Source: Cycas panzhihuaensis (Eukaryota > Plantae > Cycadophyta). From it: a stretch of DNA of 64,000 bases. The DNA lies in the NCBI GenBank assembly GCA_023213395.1, contig CM041465.1, forward strand, positions 159,905,741 through 159,969,740, given 5' to 3'. Positions within the stretch are counted from its first letter, which is position 1, and every line of letters starts with the position of its first letter. Under the pieces are notes generated by a model. The model saw only the letters and a list, made by a program, of their open reading frames with translations. It did not search any database and was not told the origin of the DNA. This document shows positions 38,985-52,068 of this stretch, in pieces. A program made the position numbers and the translations under genes.

Positions 38985-41900
38985 ATCCATAAAACTTCTT
39001 TAAGAACCTGCCATTTATGAATTTGTCAAACCCTAGGCCCTTTAGAGTGGCTATTCTATAGGCACCATTATTCAGGCTCTTAAAAATTATAAAGGGGCCT
39101 ACCCATTTGGTGCCAAATTTAGATAGGCAATCATATTAATACTCTAGCTTGAGGACCTAGTCCCCGAGATTCAAGGGGCAAGGATATAGATGTTTGTCAT
39201 ATGTCCTTTATGCCCTAGTTTTAGATGCTAAGTTAGCTTGGTATGTAGCCAAGCGTCTTTTGTATAAAGCCTTAAGGTTAAGGAGGTAGGCCTAACAATG
39301 CCATTCCTTATTAACAAAGTCTTTAAGGGATACCCTTAAAGAAGGAATCTCAACCTCTAAAGGAAAACCCACCTTGGTTCCATAAACCAAAGAGAAAGGA
39401 GTCATCCTCATGGTGGTGAAGATTGTAGTACAATAGGACCATAAAGCTGAGTGAAGTTAAATATGCCAATCTCGTTGAGATTGGGCAATGGTTTTCTTTA
39501 AAATATTGATCAAGATTTTATTAAAAGATTCAATTTGGCCATTGGCTTGAGGGTAATAAGAGGATGGGGTCTTCTAAGAGATCTTAAATTTCTCACAAAG
39601 CTCATCCATCTCCTTATTATTAAACAGAGTTCCATTGTTCATGATTAGGACATCTAGAACCCCAAATCAACAAATAATATATTGATATACAAAGGTAGAA
39701 ATTATCTTGTTGATTGTAGAAGATAACACGATAGCTTCAGGCTATTTGGTGAAGTATTCTATCACATTTAAAATAAATTTATGTTGAGTTGATAAAGGAG
39801 GAATAATAGCTCCGATTGGATCCAATCCCCATTAGGAGAAAGGCCATGGGGTTACAACAATATGTAGTGCCTCAAAAGGCTGTTAGATGATGTTGGCATG
39901 CTCTTAGCATTTGGGACAACATTGCACATAGGTATGGGCATCCTTAAACAAGGATGGCCAATAGTATTCCATGCAAAGGATCCTTTGGCCCATGGATTGG
40001 CCTCCAAAGTGGCCTCCAAAAATGTTGCTATGGCCGGTCTCCCTAGGACTAAGGCAATAGAGGAGAACATCATCAACAGCCCACTTATATAGTACATCCT
40101 ACATGAAGAAGTATTGTCAAGCAGTATCCCTAATGCACGACTTCATTTTATCGCTAGAATTAGGAGGATATTGTTGTTGAGTAAGGTATTGTATGATATC
40201 CCCATACCATTTGCTATCAACTAATAGATAAGGGGATGAGTGTTGGACAACCAGAATAGGCTCATCTGGCAAGGAATCATTAACTAGAGCCCCAAGGGAG
40301 TTAGGGATGGGAGCTTCAACTAATTGCTCCATAATCACCATCCCCTTTTTAGATTTCTTGTTAATGATTTTAAGGTTCTACTCTTGAAGGAGGATAGCCC
40401 ATTTTCCTACCCTTCTCGTCAAGTCTGACTAACTCAAAAGATATCTCAACAAATCGAATTGGATGATCATGTGAGTGGTATTACCTAAGATGTAGTGCTT
40501 AAACTTCTTAGTTACATGGACTAATGCTAAGCACTCCTTTTGATTGGTGGGTAGTTTAATTCTACTGCCACCAATGTATGACTATTGAAATAGATGGCCC
40601 TCTCAGTCTTAGAGTCATCTTCTTAAGCTAGCATAGCTCCCAAGGATTCATTAGTCACCAAAGTATATAAAATAAAATGATGATCGAAGAGGGGAGGTGC
40701 CAACACAGGATCATATACTAAAAGCCACTTGAGCTCTTGAAATGCTTCTTGGGCCTGAGTAAACCAGATGAATGGGGTTCCCTTCTTTAACAAATTAGTC
40801 AAAGGTTTGGCATTTATGGTGGAATTTACCAAAAAATGCCTTAAGAATCCCAATCGCCCTGAGAACAACTTAATTTATCATTGAGTTCTTGAGGGAGGCA
40901 TATCAACAATGGCCTTAACCTTGTCAGGGTCAATCTAGATTCCTTGTTGGAAAATAAGGAAACCTAAGAGTTTTCCAGATGTCACAATAAAAATACATTT
41001 AATTAGGTTTAAACTGACATTGTATTTTTGACACCTTATGAAAATTGCATGAAGGTCCATAGGGTGACTAATTCTCTTGTGAGAGAGACCCATCATGTCA
41101 TCCATGAAAACCTTGAGGGTCTTGTTTATAAGATCATGAAAAATAACTGCATTGTCCTTTGGTAAGTGGCACTTATGTTCTTCAATCAGAAGGGCATGGC
41201 CTTATAGGCAAATGTCCCCCATAGAGTAGTAAAGGTCATCTCATGATGGTCATCGGGAGATATTCTAGTTATACCCAAAAAAGCCATCCATTAAGGACAT
41301 GACTTTAAAACCTGCAATTTGGTTAATAATTTGATCAATAAACGATAAAGGGAAATTATTCTTGGGATAAGCGTTGTTGATATCTGAGAAGTGAACACAA
41401 ATCCTTATCATTCTGTTCCTTTTAGCAATGGGAACGATGTTGGAAACCTACTTGGGGTAATTGATAGAAGTGATAAGCCCTATATCTAGTAGCTTTTCCA
41501 CTTCCATCTTAACAATAATTGATAGCTTAAGGTGCAATGGGTATCATTTTTTCTGCATGGGGTAGGCATTTAGAATAGTAGTGAGGTTTTGAGTCATAAT
41601 ACTAGGGTTTATACCCTTCATATATGAGTAATCCCAAGTAAGGACGTCTCAAAATTCTTGGAATAAGAGGGTATATTCCTTTATTTATTAGGAAGAGCAC
41701 TCTGCCCCAACCTTAATGACCTTGCTAGGGGCAAGGATGATGTCCTTGGTTACCCCCATGTACATGGCATTCCCTTCCTCAAAATAAAGGGGAACTTGGT
41801 CAATAGAAGGATGGGTCAAGGTGTCTAGTTGGTTAGGGTTGGCTAGGGGTGACCTAAGAGCCAAACACTTCTAAAAACTAAGTTTATAGTATCTAAAAGG

Positions 41901-44900
41901 TAAATTGGATACATAACATACTAAATATTCTAATAAATCTTCGTCATTCTCAAAGCAATCTATTCCATGGATAGTCTTACTTGACAGGAATGGAGGAGGA
42001 GGCATGGGGGTGATAGGCTCATAGTGATCGACCCACCACTCCACAAAATCAAGGGACTCTTTGGAGGGTGACCTCCTATACCACTGCACCCTACCTCATG
42101 GGGGGGAAGCTGGGTAGGATATATGTCATAAATAATAGTCTCATCATATGAGGAAAGAGACTCCTTATCCTCGTCATCTATGGAGGATAACAAAGATTGA
42201 GAAGTAAGAAATGACCCGGTAAGTTGAGGGCCTATGCGCGTGACAAGGGTGATGGCATGCAGATACTGGAATGAGGTGGAGGAGGGATTACCCTCATCAC
42301 AGGCCTTAAGTTAAGGCATAGGATGTGCTTCTCACGCTAAGGGATATAGGACGAGGGTGATCCTCATCGTCATCATTAGACTCTTGGTCACTTATGACAA
42401 GAAGGTATCCATAACTCCCAACACCAATAGGGGAAAAACATATTAGGTTGGATGAGGAGAGAAGCATGTCCTCTCCATATTGGGTGTTTTGAACACTACT
42501 GGGGTAGGGGACCAATGGGGCAGATGGATCCTCAACCTCTCTAGTTGACCTAAAGTTCACGTGGCAAAGTTGGTGAGGCAGTCAACTAGGGGGAGGTTCC
42601 TAAAGGATAACCTTCATTTGCCCTTCATGAACAAATTTAAGTTGCACCCATCTTGAGGAGAAAATAGCTCCAATTTGGTCTAACCATAAGCATCCTAATA
42701 AGATATTATAGTCCACGTCTATATCGAGGACCACGATATCTGTTTGGATAGTTTTGTCCTCTAGGGTAAGGGGAATTGACACTATTCCTAGTGGTGCCTT
42801 CTTGCTGCCATCATAGCCTTGGCACCTCCCTGGGACTAGCTTGATGGCTCTTATCCCTAACTCCTCTACCATGCAAACTGGCATGGCATTAATCAAGGAA
42901 CCATTGTCTAAAATAATCCTCTTTAGAGTAAAATTATGGGTATATATAGTAATAGTGAAAGGGTAATGCCATTGGAATTCCCTTTGACTAGCAGGACTAT
43001 GATCAAAAGTAATAATGGGTATCCCATTTGAGGTGGTGCCTTCTAAGTGAGCGTGGGCATCCTTTTGACCTAAGGCCTCAAGAAGGAGGGTTCGTTACTC
43101 AAGGCAACTCTACAGGACATCCATCATAGACATGCTTGCAGTTACAGTATAAATCTCTTTGATAAACAAAAAGGTCTTCCCTTTTCTAGTGGGTTGGGGA
43201 AGCACCCTTCGGAAATCGTAACGTCCTAGACAAATGGGAATAGTCTTGGAGACCGCAAGGATCTCCATAGATAGATTAATTGCAAGAGGATTTTGTTGGG
43301 AGGTAGAGGCCTCGATAGCCTCCTTGGCTACTTGAGATCTTGTAATGGGGTACAAGGGAGTAGTCTCAAGCATCTGAATCACCCTCTTACCCTTGTTTTT
43401 AAGTTGCAAGGATAACAAGTGTTGGGCTCTAGGGCTTGGTGTAGAGGATGGTTCTTGTGCCCCCTTCCCCTTCTCTTCGTTAGAAGAAGGGTTGAGAAAC
43501 CACCCCCTATTCCTTGTCCTCTTGTTTTAAGAAGGCGAATCTTATTCCCCATGGTTAAGGAAGGGATCCCTATGGACTGGTTGATCTAAATTGGGCTTAG
43601 AAGCCCTCTTAGGAGAATCGTCATGACGTAGCATGAGATCTGGGTGTTGTGTCTAATATTGCAAGTTTCCATGTAAGCACTCCCCATGCATGGAGCACCA
43701 TTTCTTCTCAAGGGGAGGTCTTGCCTTCTTCCCTTGATAAGTCTGAGTGTTCTCACCTTTAAATGGCATAGCATGGGATGCCTGGTGAATGGGTCTGTAA
43801 AACTTGGAAGAGGTTTGGAAAGGATAGAGCTTTAACTCCTTAATCATGTATTTAGATGAATGCACTACTAAGGTCAAAGGTTCTAAAGTCCTATTAGTCA
43901 TACTGGTAGGGGGTTTTGAGGGTTAGTGTTGGGTTCTTTGCTCACATGAAGGAGGGGCTACCTCACGATGTTATGACTATCTTAAGGGCTTTTTAAGATT
44001 AGCTTAGATTTTAATAGCCTCTAATGCCAAGCATTTTGCTATGGTAGGATCACATGTCATTATCCCTATCTTAAGGACTTCGACATGGACTTTTGGATGA
44101 AGGGTATTTACGAAAATGTCCTACTTTAGTTCCTCATGCAACATGGTCTTGGAAGAATGAAGTAGGTCATGAAAGCACCTAGAAAAGTCACTATTGAGTT
44201 CATCGTGGCCTTGCTTAAGGGAGAGTAAGGCCTTGACCCCACTCTCAAATGGGTGGGACACGTGAAAGTAGTTAACGAACTCATCTACCAATTGTTGAAA
44301 AGTGTGAATAAAATGAGCATAGAGATGATAAAACCATTTAAGAGTGTCTCCTTATAAAGACATGGGAAAGAACTTCATTAAAATATGATCATAAGTCCAA
44401 TAATCAATGCATGCCATGACAAAGCCCCTAACATGCTCAGTTGGGTCTTATAATGAGGTGCCATCAAAATTTGACACCTTAGGAGGGTGAGGTGGCAGGT
44501 TGGTCCCAAGGGCCTTAATGGAGAGCAGGGTTGACCTATAGTTAATGAAGAGACGAGATCTTGGTTGAACTAAATGGTCAACTTGAGGTAAGGGGAGAGA
44601 TAGATACAAATACTCAACCCCACTATAAGGAGGTTGGGTGTATGAAGGATAATAATTCCCACTCGTTTGGTGAAAGGGGGCTATCCCCATTTGTGGGTAT
44701 CTTAGATAAGAGGAAGGTAGGTGAGGAGGTTCCATCCCACCTTGAGGATATACCCCCTACTTGGGCACATATAAGAATAGAGGGTATGAAGGGCAATGGA
44801 TCCCCCTTGTAAAGGGATTGTATATGATGCCGTACATGTAGACAATGATATAGGATAAGGAATGGGGTTATGCCCATATGGTCCCCCTATGAGAGGTACA

Positions 44901-45720
44901 ACTCCATAATGATGGTGGGGATCCATCCTATAGGTAGAGAGAGGGTGAGGTCCTTTGTGCCCCCAAGGCTAAGATGTGCACCCTTGGGTTACGTAGAGGG
45001 ATGGGTCCATGGGTCGTGGACGAGGGTGCACAGGGCTGAGCCCTCCATGACCCAAAGAATGAGAATGTGAGGGCACTCTTGGTTGAGTGAAAGGGTTATA
45101 CGCCATAGTAGGTTATGGCATGGTTTCTTGGATTGGGGGATGTATGCTTAATCCAATTTGGGAGGTCGACATGCCTTGGGATGCCCCTCGAGCAAAGGGA
45201 GCACCTACAAATAAGGAGACTATAGGAGGAGGTCTTGCCATCAATGAAGGAAAAGGTTGAGATGAAGTAGAGGGTGCAGATATGGAAGAAGGTGGGGCAA
45301 TATTACGAAGGAAGGTCTCTAACCACTTTAGGGGTGGTTGGGCACTCGGGACCTCGAAACATTGCTACATCTATGAGAGGAGTTCCAACCTGCTCATACA
45401 AGGTAGACGACTCCTCATGTTGGGCAGAACTCAAAGGACGCTCCTCATGGATTCTCTCACTAAGATTAGAGTAATCCATAGGATAGGAGGCTCCTACATC
45501 ATGCATAGGATAAGGATGAAAATCTAGGTGTGTTTGATCATCCAGATAATAGACAGGATCCTCAAACTCTTAGGCAAGATCCTGAAGAGGATATGAAGTT
45601 TGTTAGTGAATGTCGAGGGCATAAGAATGATATGTCCAATTTGACAGATATCCCTCCATTGCCAATTTAGAATCGAATAAAGCAATAGAGGAGTAGACAG
45701 GTTCTTCTTCCATGGGAGGG
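38985..45720 (-). pseudogene. Degenerate gag-pol of element 2 (INT ~38985-40250, RH ~40350-40750, RT ~40800-41780, PR ~42600-42960, gag ~43400-45720)
   Basis: 'YYPQANGQ', 'KWVGPF', 'NGRFLKKFY' (INT); 'YKAMPF', 'VFMDDMM' (RT); 'LDNGSLINAM...DYNILLG' (PR); Pro/Tyr-rich gag N-terminus. Confidence 0.9.
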
Positions 45721-45897
45721 AGACCACATAAGTGATGAGAGAAACATCACATTCATGCCCTACCCAAAGAGACTATGGAAGAAGAAGAAGATAGTTTGAG
45801 GCGATGTGTTGAAGCTACCCAACACACTACAAAAATGATAGGTAGAAAGAGGCTACACTTGGAAACCGAAGAGATGCTCAAGTTTCCTAACTGGCGC

Positions 45898-45914
45898 CCC
45901 CAGTATGGTTGCAA
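45898..45914 (-). promoter_or_regulatory. Primer binding site (tRNA-Arg-like, degenerate TGGCGACC...GGGG)
   Basis: The minus strand reads ttgcaaccatactgggg, 1 nt inside the 5' LTR. Confidence 0.6.
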
Positions 45915-45915
45915 G

Positions 45916-48900
45916 TGGAATGACGCCTACAGAGGTAGTAGGATCTCTTATACTTTGACTAGACATGAAGGCCTAAAGGTGTAAGATAGGTAAAGGTCAA
46001 CCTTAAAGGGCGTATATGCATTAAAATGCATAATTCAAGGAACGCAGAAATGCATAGTCTCTTTCAACTCTAAAGGGTTGAAAATGATGAGAGGGATAAG
46101 AAAGGGTGGTGGCATCCTCGAGTTACTGAGTAGCCTAGCTGAAGCTCTCCTATCCTCAGAAGGGATAGAGGGAGTAGGAGATTTCCCTTTGAAAAGGGAA
46201 ATGGAAGAGTAAAAGACACCTTTCAAAAAAAGGAGGTAGAGTAAGGAATGAGGTGAGAAGAAATGATTCTGAAATGCTTTAAAGTAGCTTGTTTAATACC
46301 TAATGGTTACCTTTAGGGGTTCAGGTTTTGGTGCTAATTTTAGAAGAAGGAGGGAATGTTACAACTATCTATTTACAACTAAGCTGTAAGCTCTTCTTGG
46401 GTTGCAAGAAGAAAGGGATTGGTGTTCAAATTTATGGTCTTTGTTACAATGTGATTTTATTTTTTGGTATGATGGTTGTAAAGTTCATAAAATAAAATGA
46501 ATGTACAACAAACATACAAATCTCTATTTCTCTCTCCCACTCTCCTTTCTTTTTCATCCAAGGGTTAGGTTTAGGATACAAGAAAGAAATAATGAGAGAA
46601 TGTCACAACCAACTCCCTCTTAATTGAATTTCTCTTTAAATGCAAGAAGGAAACAATGTGTAACTATACTTGCTACCTATGTAGGAAGAATACGTAGAAT
46701 ATATTTTTAGGATTTCCTTTTACATGAAACGTGTACGAACAGTTGAAAGGGAGGAAGAATTCATTTATGCAACAAATCTATTTTTAGATGTGAAAAGAGA
46801 AGTTGGTATGTTTCTCCTATACTACACTTTTCTTTTCACATGCAATGCAAATGCATAGATGGAAGAGACAAATATTTCTTGTTATTTATATTCTCTTTTA
46901 GGAAAAGAGGGGGAAAAGGGCAAAGAGAGAGTAGGTTTAATGGAGTGCACCCAGTTTTATGACAGCTAATAACGTAATGCAACTCTTCCTTGTGCTTCTC
47001 CTTTGCTGACAACTTCACTTCCTTTATTATTGAAAGAGTTATTGGAAAGAATAAAGTGGGGCTATCTTACCTTCCTCAAAATTTAATGCAACAAATGCAA
47101 AAGACAAAAGGAAATAAAGTAATAAGATAGACATAAATATCAACTATTATGTTAAAGCATGGAATGGCATTACCTCCTTACGAAATGTTGCTTTGCTTGC
47201 AATGTGGTCCTTTACTTGTACAACAAGGGGGCAAAAAGCTTTCCACAAAATAAATATGTATATATGTATATGCTTATAAACACAAATGTTATTAGAAAGT
47301 TTGTTCCAAGTATTTAATCCAAAACTGAAATCAAATATTATTTTTTCTGAACTTACAACTTCACCATACAACATCAAGAAAGAAATGGGAGAAGATAAAG
47401 GTGGAGTGCCTTGGGATGGCAAAGCTCCTCTATAAGGTGGATCCCTTCCAAGTGGCAAAAGGTGTCACATATCTAGGTAAATGTTTGATGCAATAATTGG
47501 GGTAGGAATGAGATACAGAGTCTCAAAGGTATGTTGTAAGTTTCACAACTGAAATGTTGCACTCATAGAGGTAGCATATGGTAGAATACTTCGTAGCTTC
47601 AGGGAGGGGATTACCCAAGAAGAAGGAGGCCTCTAGAGTCAGAACTCAAGCCTAATATCCTTCCTACAATCTCCTTTAGCTAGTCAAACCCTCCACCTAC
47701 TGTGAACTAGTGGTTTGGATGGTGAAACAAAGGGTTTGTTGTTGAATGGAGGTGCTCCCTCCTAAGCTTACACAGTGAAAACTACCAAATGTTTATGCAA
47801 AGGGCCTTTTAATCAAGAAATCAAGAAAACATGCAACAAATGGTAAAAGAAATAGAGCAAAATAGTGATATTTATCAATGAAATCAAACCAAAATGGGCT
47901 TACCCATTAGGAGAAGAGAATGCTGGTGAGAATTGAGAGTTTTTGTTGTAGAAGCAAGCTTTTGGAAAAGAAATCTTTGCTTGATGATAAAAAGGACAGT
48001 CTCTTTGGTTTCCTTGGTAGCTTGGGGAGGTCCTCTTGCTTCTTGAGAGCTAAATTCCTCTTCCTTTGGCTATTCAGAATCTGTTTTTTAGCATAGACTA
48101 TTCTAGCATGCAAGAATAATAAGAAAGTTTATTGAGAGAGAGCTCCAAAGTGAAAGTTGATGATCCATAATGAGTTTGAAATCCAATTTTTATGTTCTAA
48201 AGGCCTCTCGGAATTGTTAGGCCTTGATCTGGGCAAGTCCCAAGGTCATATCTCATGTCAAACTTGCATTAAATATGATTTTGAACATTACTGCCTACCT
48301 TTAAACTCATAACAGTCACACCATAAATATATTAGTGGGGCACAACAATCAAAGCGGGGCAGGCAAAAATCAAGGCAGAGTAGAAACAAAACCATAGATT
48401 TTGATAAAAAATAGTAAAAACCTAATAAATACTGGACTTAGTAAATACTGGCAAAAGAAGGAGGAAAGCTCCTACTAAGGGCCTAAAATTCCTCCCTATG
48501 GGTCAATAAATCAAATTTGGGTTATTTTATAAGCTAAATAATGACAAAAGCATATGAGAAACCCATCGAAATGAGTCAAAACTCAATAAACAATGGTGAT
48601 CAAGAATGTTGGGTATAAAACGAAACCCAAACAATTAATTGTCATTGAAACACACAAACAGATATCATATGGAATGAGTAATAAGGGCATTTTTCTGTCG
48701 GGGGCCTCAATAAACCATCCTTGGTGGACCAAGGGATAAATGAGGCACATCAAAAAGGGAAAAGATATTACAAGAGGGCATAAAACAAACCCTGAATCAC
48801 CCAAACTGAGCTACGGAGGCATGTGAGGGATCTATTGCCAATTGGGACTTACCACGAGAGCTCAATGGTGCCATTGGACTAGAGTCTTAGTCGTCATAGG

Positions 48901-49146
48901 CAAGAAACATGCACAAGCAAGGGGATTAAGCAAGCAATCCAAGCAATTATTTGTCTTATAGCATTCCTCATCTCTTTTTCCCTTCTTCACTCCAACTAGA
49001 TTCTCATTTCCATCAATTAATCAAGTAATCATACAAGCATATATCCTATAATAATTGTAAAGACATGATAGAGAGTAAGGGTTAGAATATATACCTGAAC
49101 TTACCTCTGTAATGAACCCTGATCCATTCCCGACAAGCGAAAAACA
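45916..49146 (-). repeat. 5' LTR of element 2 (~3.23 kb)
   Basis: Colinear direct repeat with 31075-34212. Confidence 0.93.
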
Positions 49147-49724
49147 CTCCCAAAATTAAATTCCCTTTGATTACATTTAATAAAATGGTTTACTAAGGGC
49201 TTAATGTAAGAAAAAGGGTTCTACAACTAAGACTCTAGGAAATTTAATAAAATAACAATATTTATGATTGTTGGAAGGGCTACTAGCCCAATTACATAGA
49301 GAGAAACATTTTCAAAGATACCAAAAACCTAAAAAAATGTGAATGTGTCAAAAGATACCATGTTAGAAATGGAGAAAAAACTTAGATACCATATTAGAAA
49401 ATAAGGAGAAAGAACAAAGAATAAAAGACATGGAAGATGTGTTGGAATACTTTCAACTTCTTTTTTTTTCATCCTTATTGCTCTCATGCAAATTACATTA
49501 CATTTTTATTTTAGTACATATATATCAATGCAATCTCAAGGATTGTTGTCTAGTTATAGACTATGATTGTACACAATTATAGTAATGAAAAGTTGCTTCC
49601 AATCAATTACTCGACTAATTTTAGTTACAATCAATAAATGATAAGGAAAAGTTGCTTTTGTAGCGAACCAATGAGTGCTTATGGCTCATTTTAGGAAAAG
49701 TTGAGAAATGGCTACAATTACTTC

Positions 49725-49982
49725 GAGAGTATTGTATCTATAATTAAGAAAGACTACACAAATCCAAAAATTCCATGCATTTGTTATGGTGGATTGAAGT
49801 CTTCTCAAAGTAGCTTATAATGTTGTAATGTGTAATCAAGTGAATTGCAACTTGAGAGTATTGTATCTATAATTAAGAAAGACTACACAAATCCAAAAAT
49901 TCCATGCATTTGTTATGGTGGATTGAAGTCTTCTCAAAGTAGCTTATAATGTTGTAATGTGTAATCAAGTGAATTGCAACTT
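49725..49982. repeat. 129-bp tandem duplication, apparently identical copies
   Basis: 49725-49853 equals 49854-49982. Confidence 0.95.
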
Positions 49983-50229
49983 TCTTGCAAGCAATTATAA
50001 TTTTGAAATGCAAATCATGTGATTATTGTTTATCATTGCAATTCTAGTCCATCTTAAACCCTCATATTGCAATTTTGAAAGCTACAATAATTTTAAAACT
50101 TACATAACTTCTCCTTATTTTGTCTTTCTTCTCATTTAAATTTTCTACTTTTGCAATACCCATATACGTGTGGGATTACAGGAGTTTAATGACAATTGAG
50201 ATAAATGAATAAGTAAAAATATATACATA

Positions 50230-50990
50230 ACAAAGATATTGTTGAATCATGGGGGGTGCATGTCATGCTGTACAACGTGGCGTTCCAAAGCAAGGGAAGC
50301 CTAGGGAGCAGGACCCTGCCACTGAACGCCACACCCCACGGACAAAGCTTTCTTGTGGGGGCTTTGAACCCAACAGAAGCTGGGGAAGAGTGAACGATAA
50401 TTGCTCTGCAGGGACTCCCAGCTTTTGGATTGTTGAGGTGATATTAGTGCAGAATATGACTCCACCTTGACACCCATATATCCCGATCACGTTCCTTCTT
50501 CCCTGGAAAAGAGTACTTCTTGGCCATATCCACAACCCATGTGCAGAGGCAGCAGACATGGACCCTAATTAAAGCGCAATTCACTGACTTCATACTCGAA
50601 CATTGCTCACAGTATGATACGTACAAATTAGCGGCTAATCTGTCAACAGTATCCTGTGCGAAGTAAAGCCATAGAGTTGTTTGCAGATACATCGTGCAGA
50701 ACATCTGATCAGTCATGGTCGACTCCCGGTGCAGGTGTTTATGTACGAAATCGATGAATAAACTGCTTATGTTTTATATGAGAGCCCACAATTGGAAGAG
50801 GGGCTGACAAATGGGTGTGTCAGAATGTATCACATGACCGTCTGCGGAGTTCTGTGTCGTCTCAACGCCAGTGACGATGGAAGAACGTGCAGCCATGCTT
50901 TTTGGTCGCGCTCTAAACCCAAGGCTTGGCATTCAATTCTCACTTTTCTCCTCCGGTTCTTCCTATATATCTGACAGTTGCTTTGATGTT
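50230..50990. other. CpG/CHG-retaining non-TE island; candidate small gene, ncRNA or regulatory element
   Basis: About 25 CpG in ~720 bp and abundant CAG/CTG, against strong depletion elsewhere; no TE motif; minus-strand TATA-like boxes and short ORFs. Confidence 0.6.
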
Positions 50991-51407
50991 AGTCAGATTT
51001 TTAGTTTATCAGATGTACTGGCTATGGGTAAAATTATTGGTTTTTTTTTCCTTAATGGTATGAGATCGGTTATGTACTAGTGAGGGCCAAAATTTATAAG
51101 GTTTAGAAAAAATTACAGGAGAGGGAAATATAGTTAGTTGTTGGCACATGTTGCCAGTGTAGTTAACGGTGCTTTTTAAAACTTCGATGTGATCCATTAG
51201 TCATCACTAGGCCATGTGGATAAGAGTAGGAGCAATCAATTATTTTTAGAGTAGGTTCTTCATTTCTTTCCTTGTTAGACTCGTTACCCTTGTGGGCTAC
51301 GTTCCTTGTTGCTAGCCTTGTACTCCTAAGGTTTTGTTTGCCACGCACCCAATTGTATGAGTAGTTTGTGCAACACAAATCACCATAGTGGTCTAAGAGG
51401 TCATCGA

Positions 51408-51681
51408 ATGTGGAATGAACCTGTGAGGAGTATAGTTAATTCTCAAGTTTTATTTTAAAGTATATTTAAAGCCAAATCATCAAAAATACCTAGACATTGT
51501 ATTTAGTTTATTGTTATGTTCTTATACTAGATATGACAAGGTATTCGATGTGGAATGAACTTGTGATAAGTGTAGTTAATTCTTGAGTTTTATTTTGAAG
51601 TATATTTAAAGCCAAATCATCAAAAATACCTAGGCATTGTATTTAGTTTCTTGTTATATTTTTATACTAGAAATGACAAGG
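51408..51681. repeat. 140-bp tandem duplication (~90% identical)
   Basis: Units start at 51408 and 51548. Confidence 0.9.
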
Positions 51682-52068
51682 TTATTTAGTTCTCCAACTC
51701 TTAAGAAATAGATTTGCACTTAAGTCTTTTTCCTTAAAATTTGACCGCAAGCAATAAGCTTTTGTAGCTCTAAGTCTTCTTCTTATATATTAGCATCTTC
51801 ATTCTTATCACCATCGACATGGGTATTGCTTATCTTAATATTGGTGTGAATGTAAAGAACATAGTCTATCTTAAGCCTTGATGTGAGTCTATCATGTATC
51901 CAACCACGAGGGTAGAATGTATAACATTGATTATTAATATTTTCAAAGAGACTGCCCATCATGGATTGAACCCATGATGAGTGCATTTAAATATAAAGTT
52001 CTATCTCAAAGTGTTTCATATTAACTCACAAAAGGTATCTAGGCCTTATATTCAATTCACAACTATGT

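Larger units (their letters stand above)
31075..49146 (-). mobile_element. Full-length Tat-like Ty3/gypsy LTR retrotransposon (element 2, ~18.1 kb) with PMD and aRH accessory genes
   Basis: LTR pair 31075-34212 / 45916-49146 with TG..CA termini; TSD ctcct (31070-31074) / ctccc (49147-49151); PBS 45898-45914; PPT aagggggcaa at 34213-34222; gag-PR-RT-RH-INT on the minus strand. Confidence 0.93.

Noticed and set aside
44448-45727. Cluster of overlapping short ORFs on both strands
   Set aside because: These are fragments and shadows of the Pro/Tyr-rich gag of element 2.
50130-50182. Minus-strand USE-like ATCCCACACG with TTTAAA ~25 nt downstream
   Set aside because: The downstream sequence resembles no snRNA and is low-complexity AT-rich DNA.
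50280-50560. Partial matches to miR159, miR396, miR408 and miR477 sequences
   Set aside because: Only short or gapped partial matches, and no long foldback with a miRNA* arm.
50743-51050. Telomerase RNA or other Pol III type-3 gene (USE-like gtacgaaatcg, tttatat, CTAAACCC at ~50913)
   Set aside because: USE-TATA spacing is 19 nt rather than ~24; a T5 run precedes the 8-nt template match; no other conserved plant TR or snRNA sequence is recognisable.
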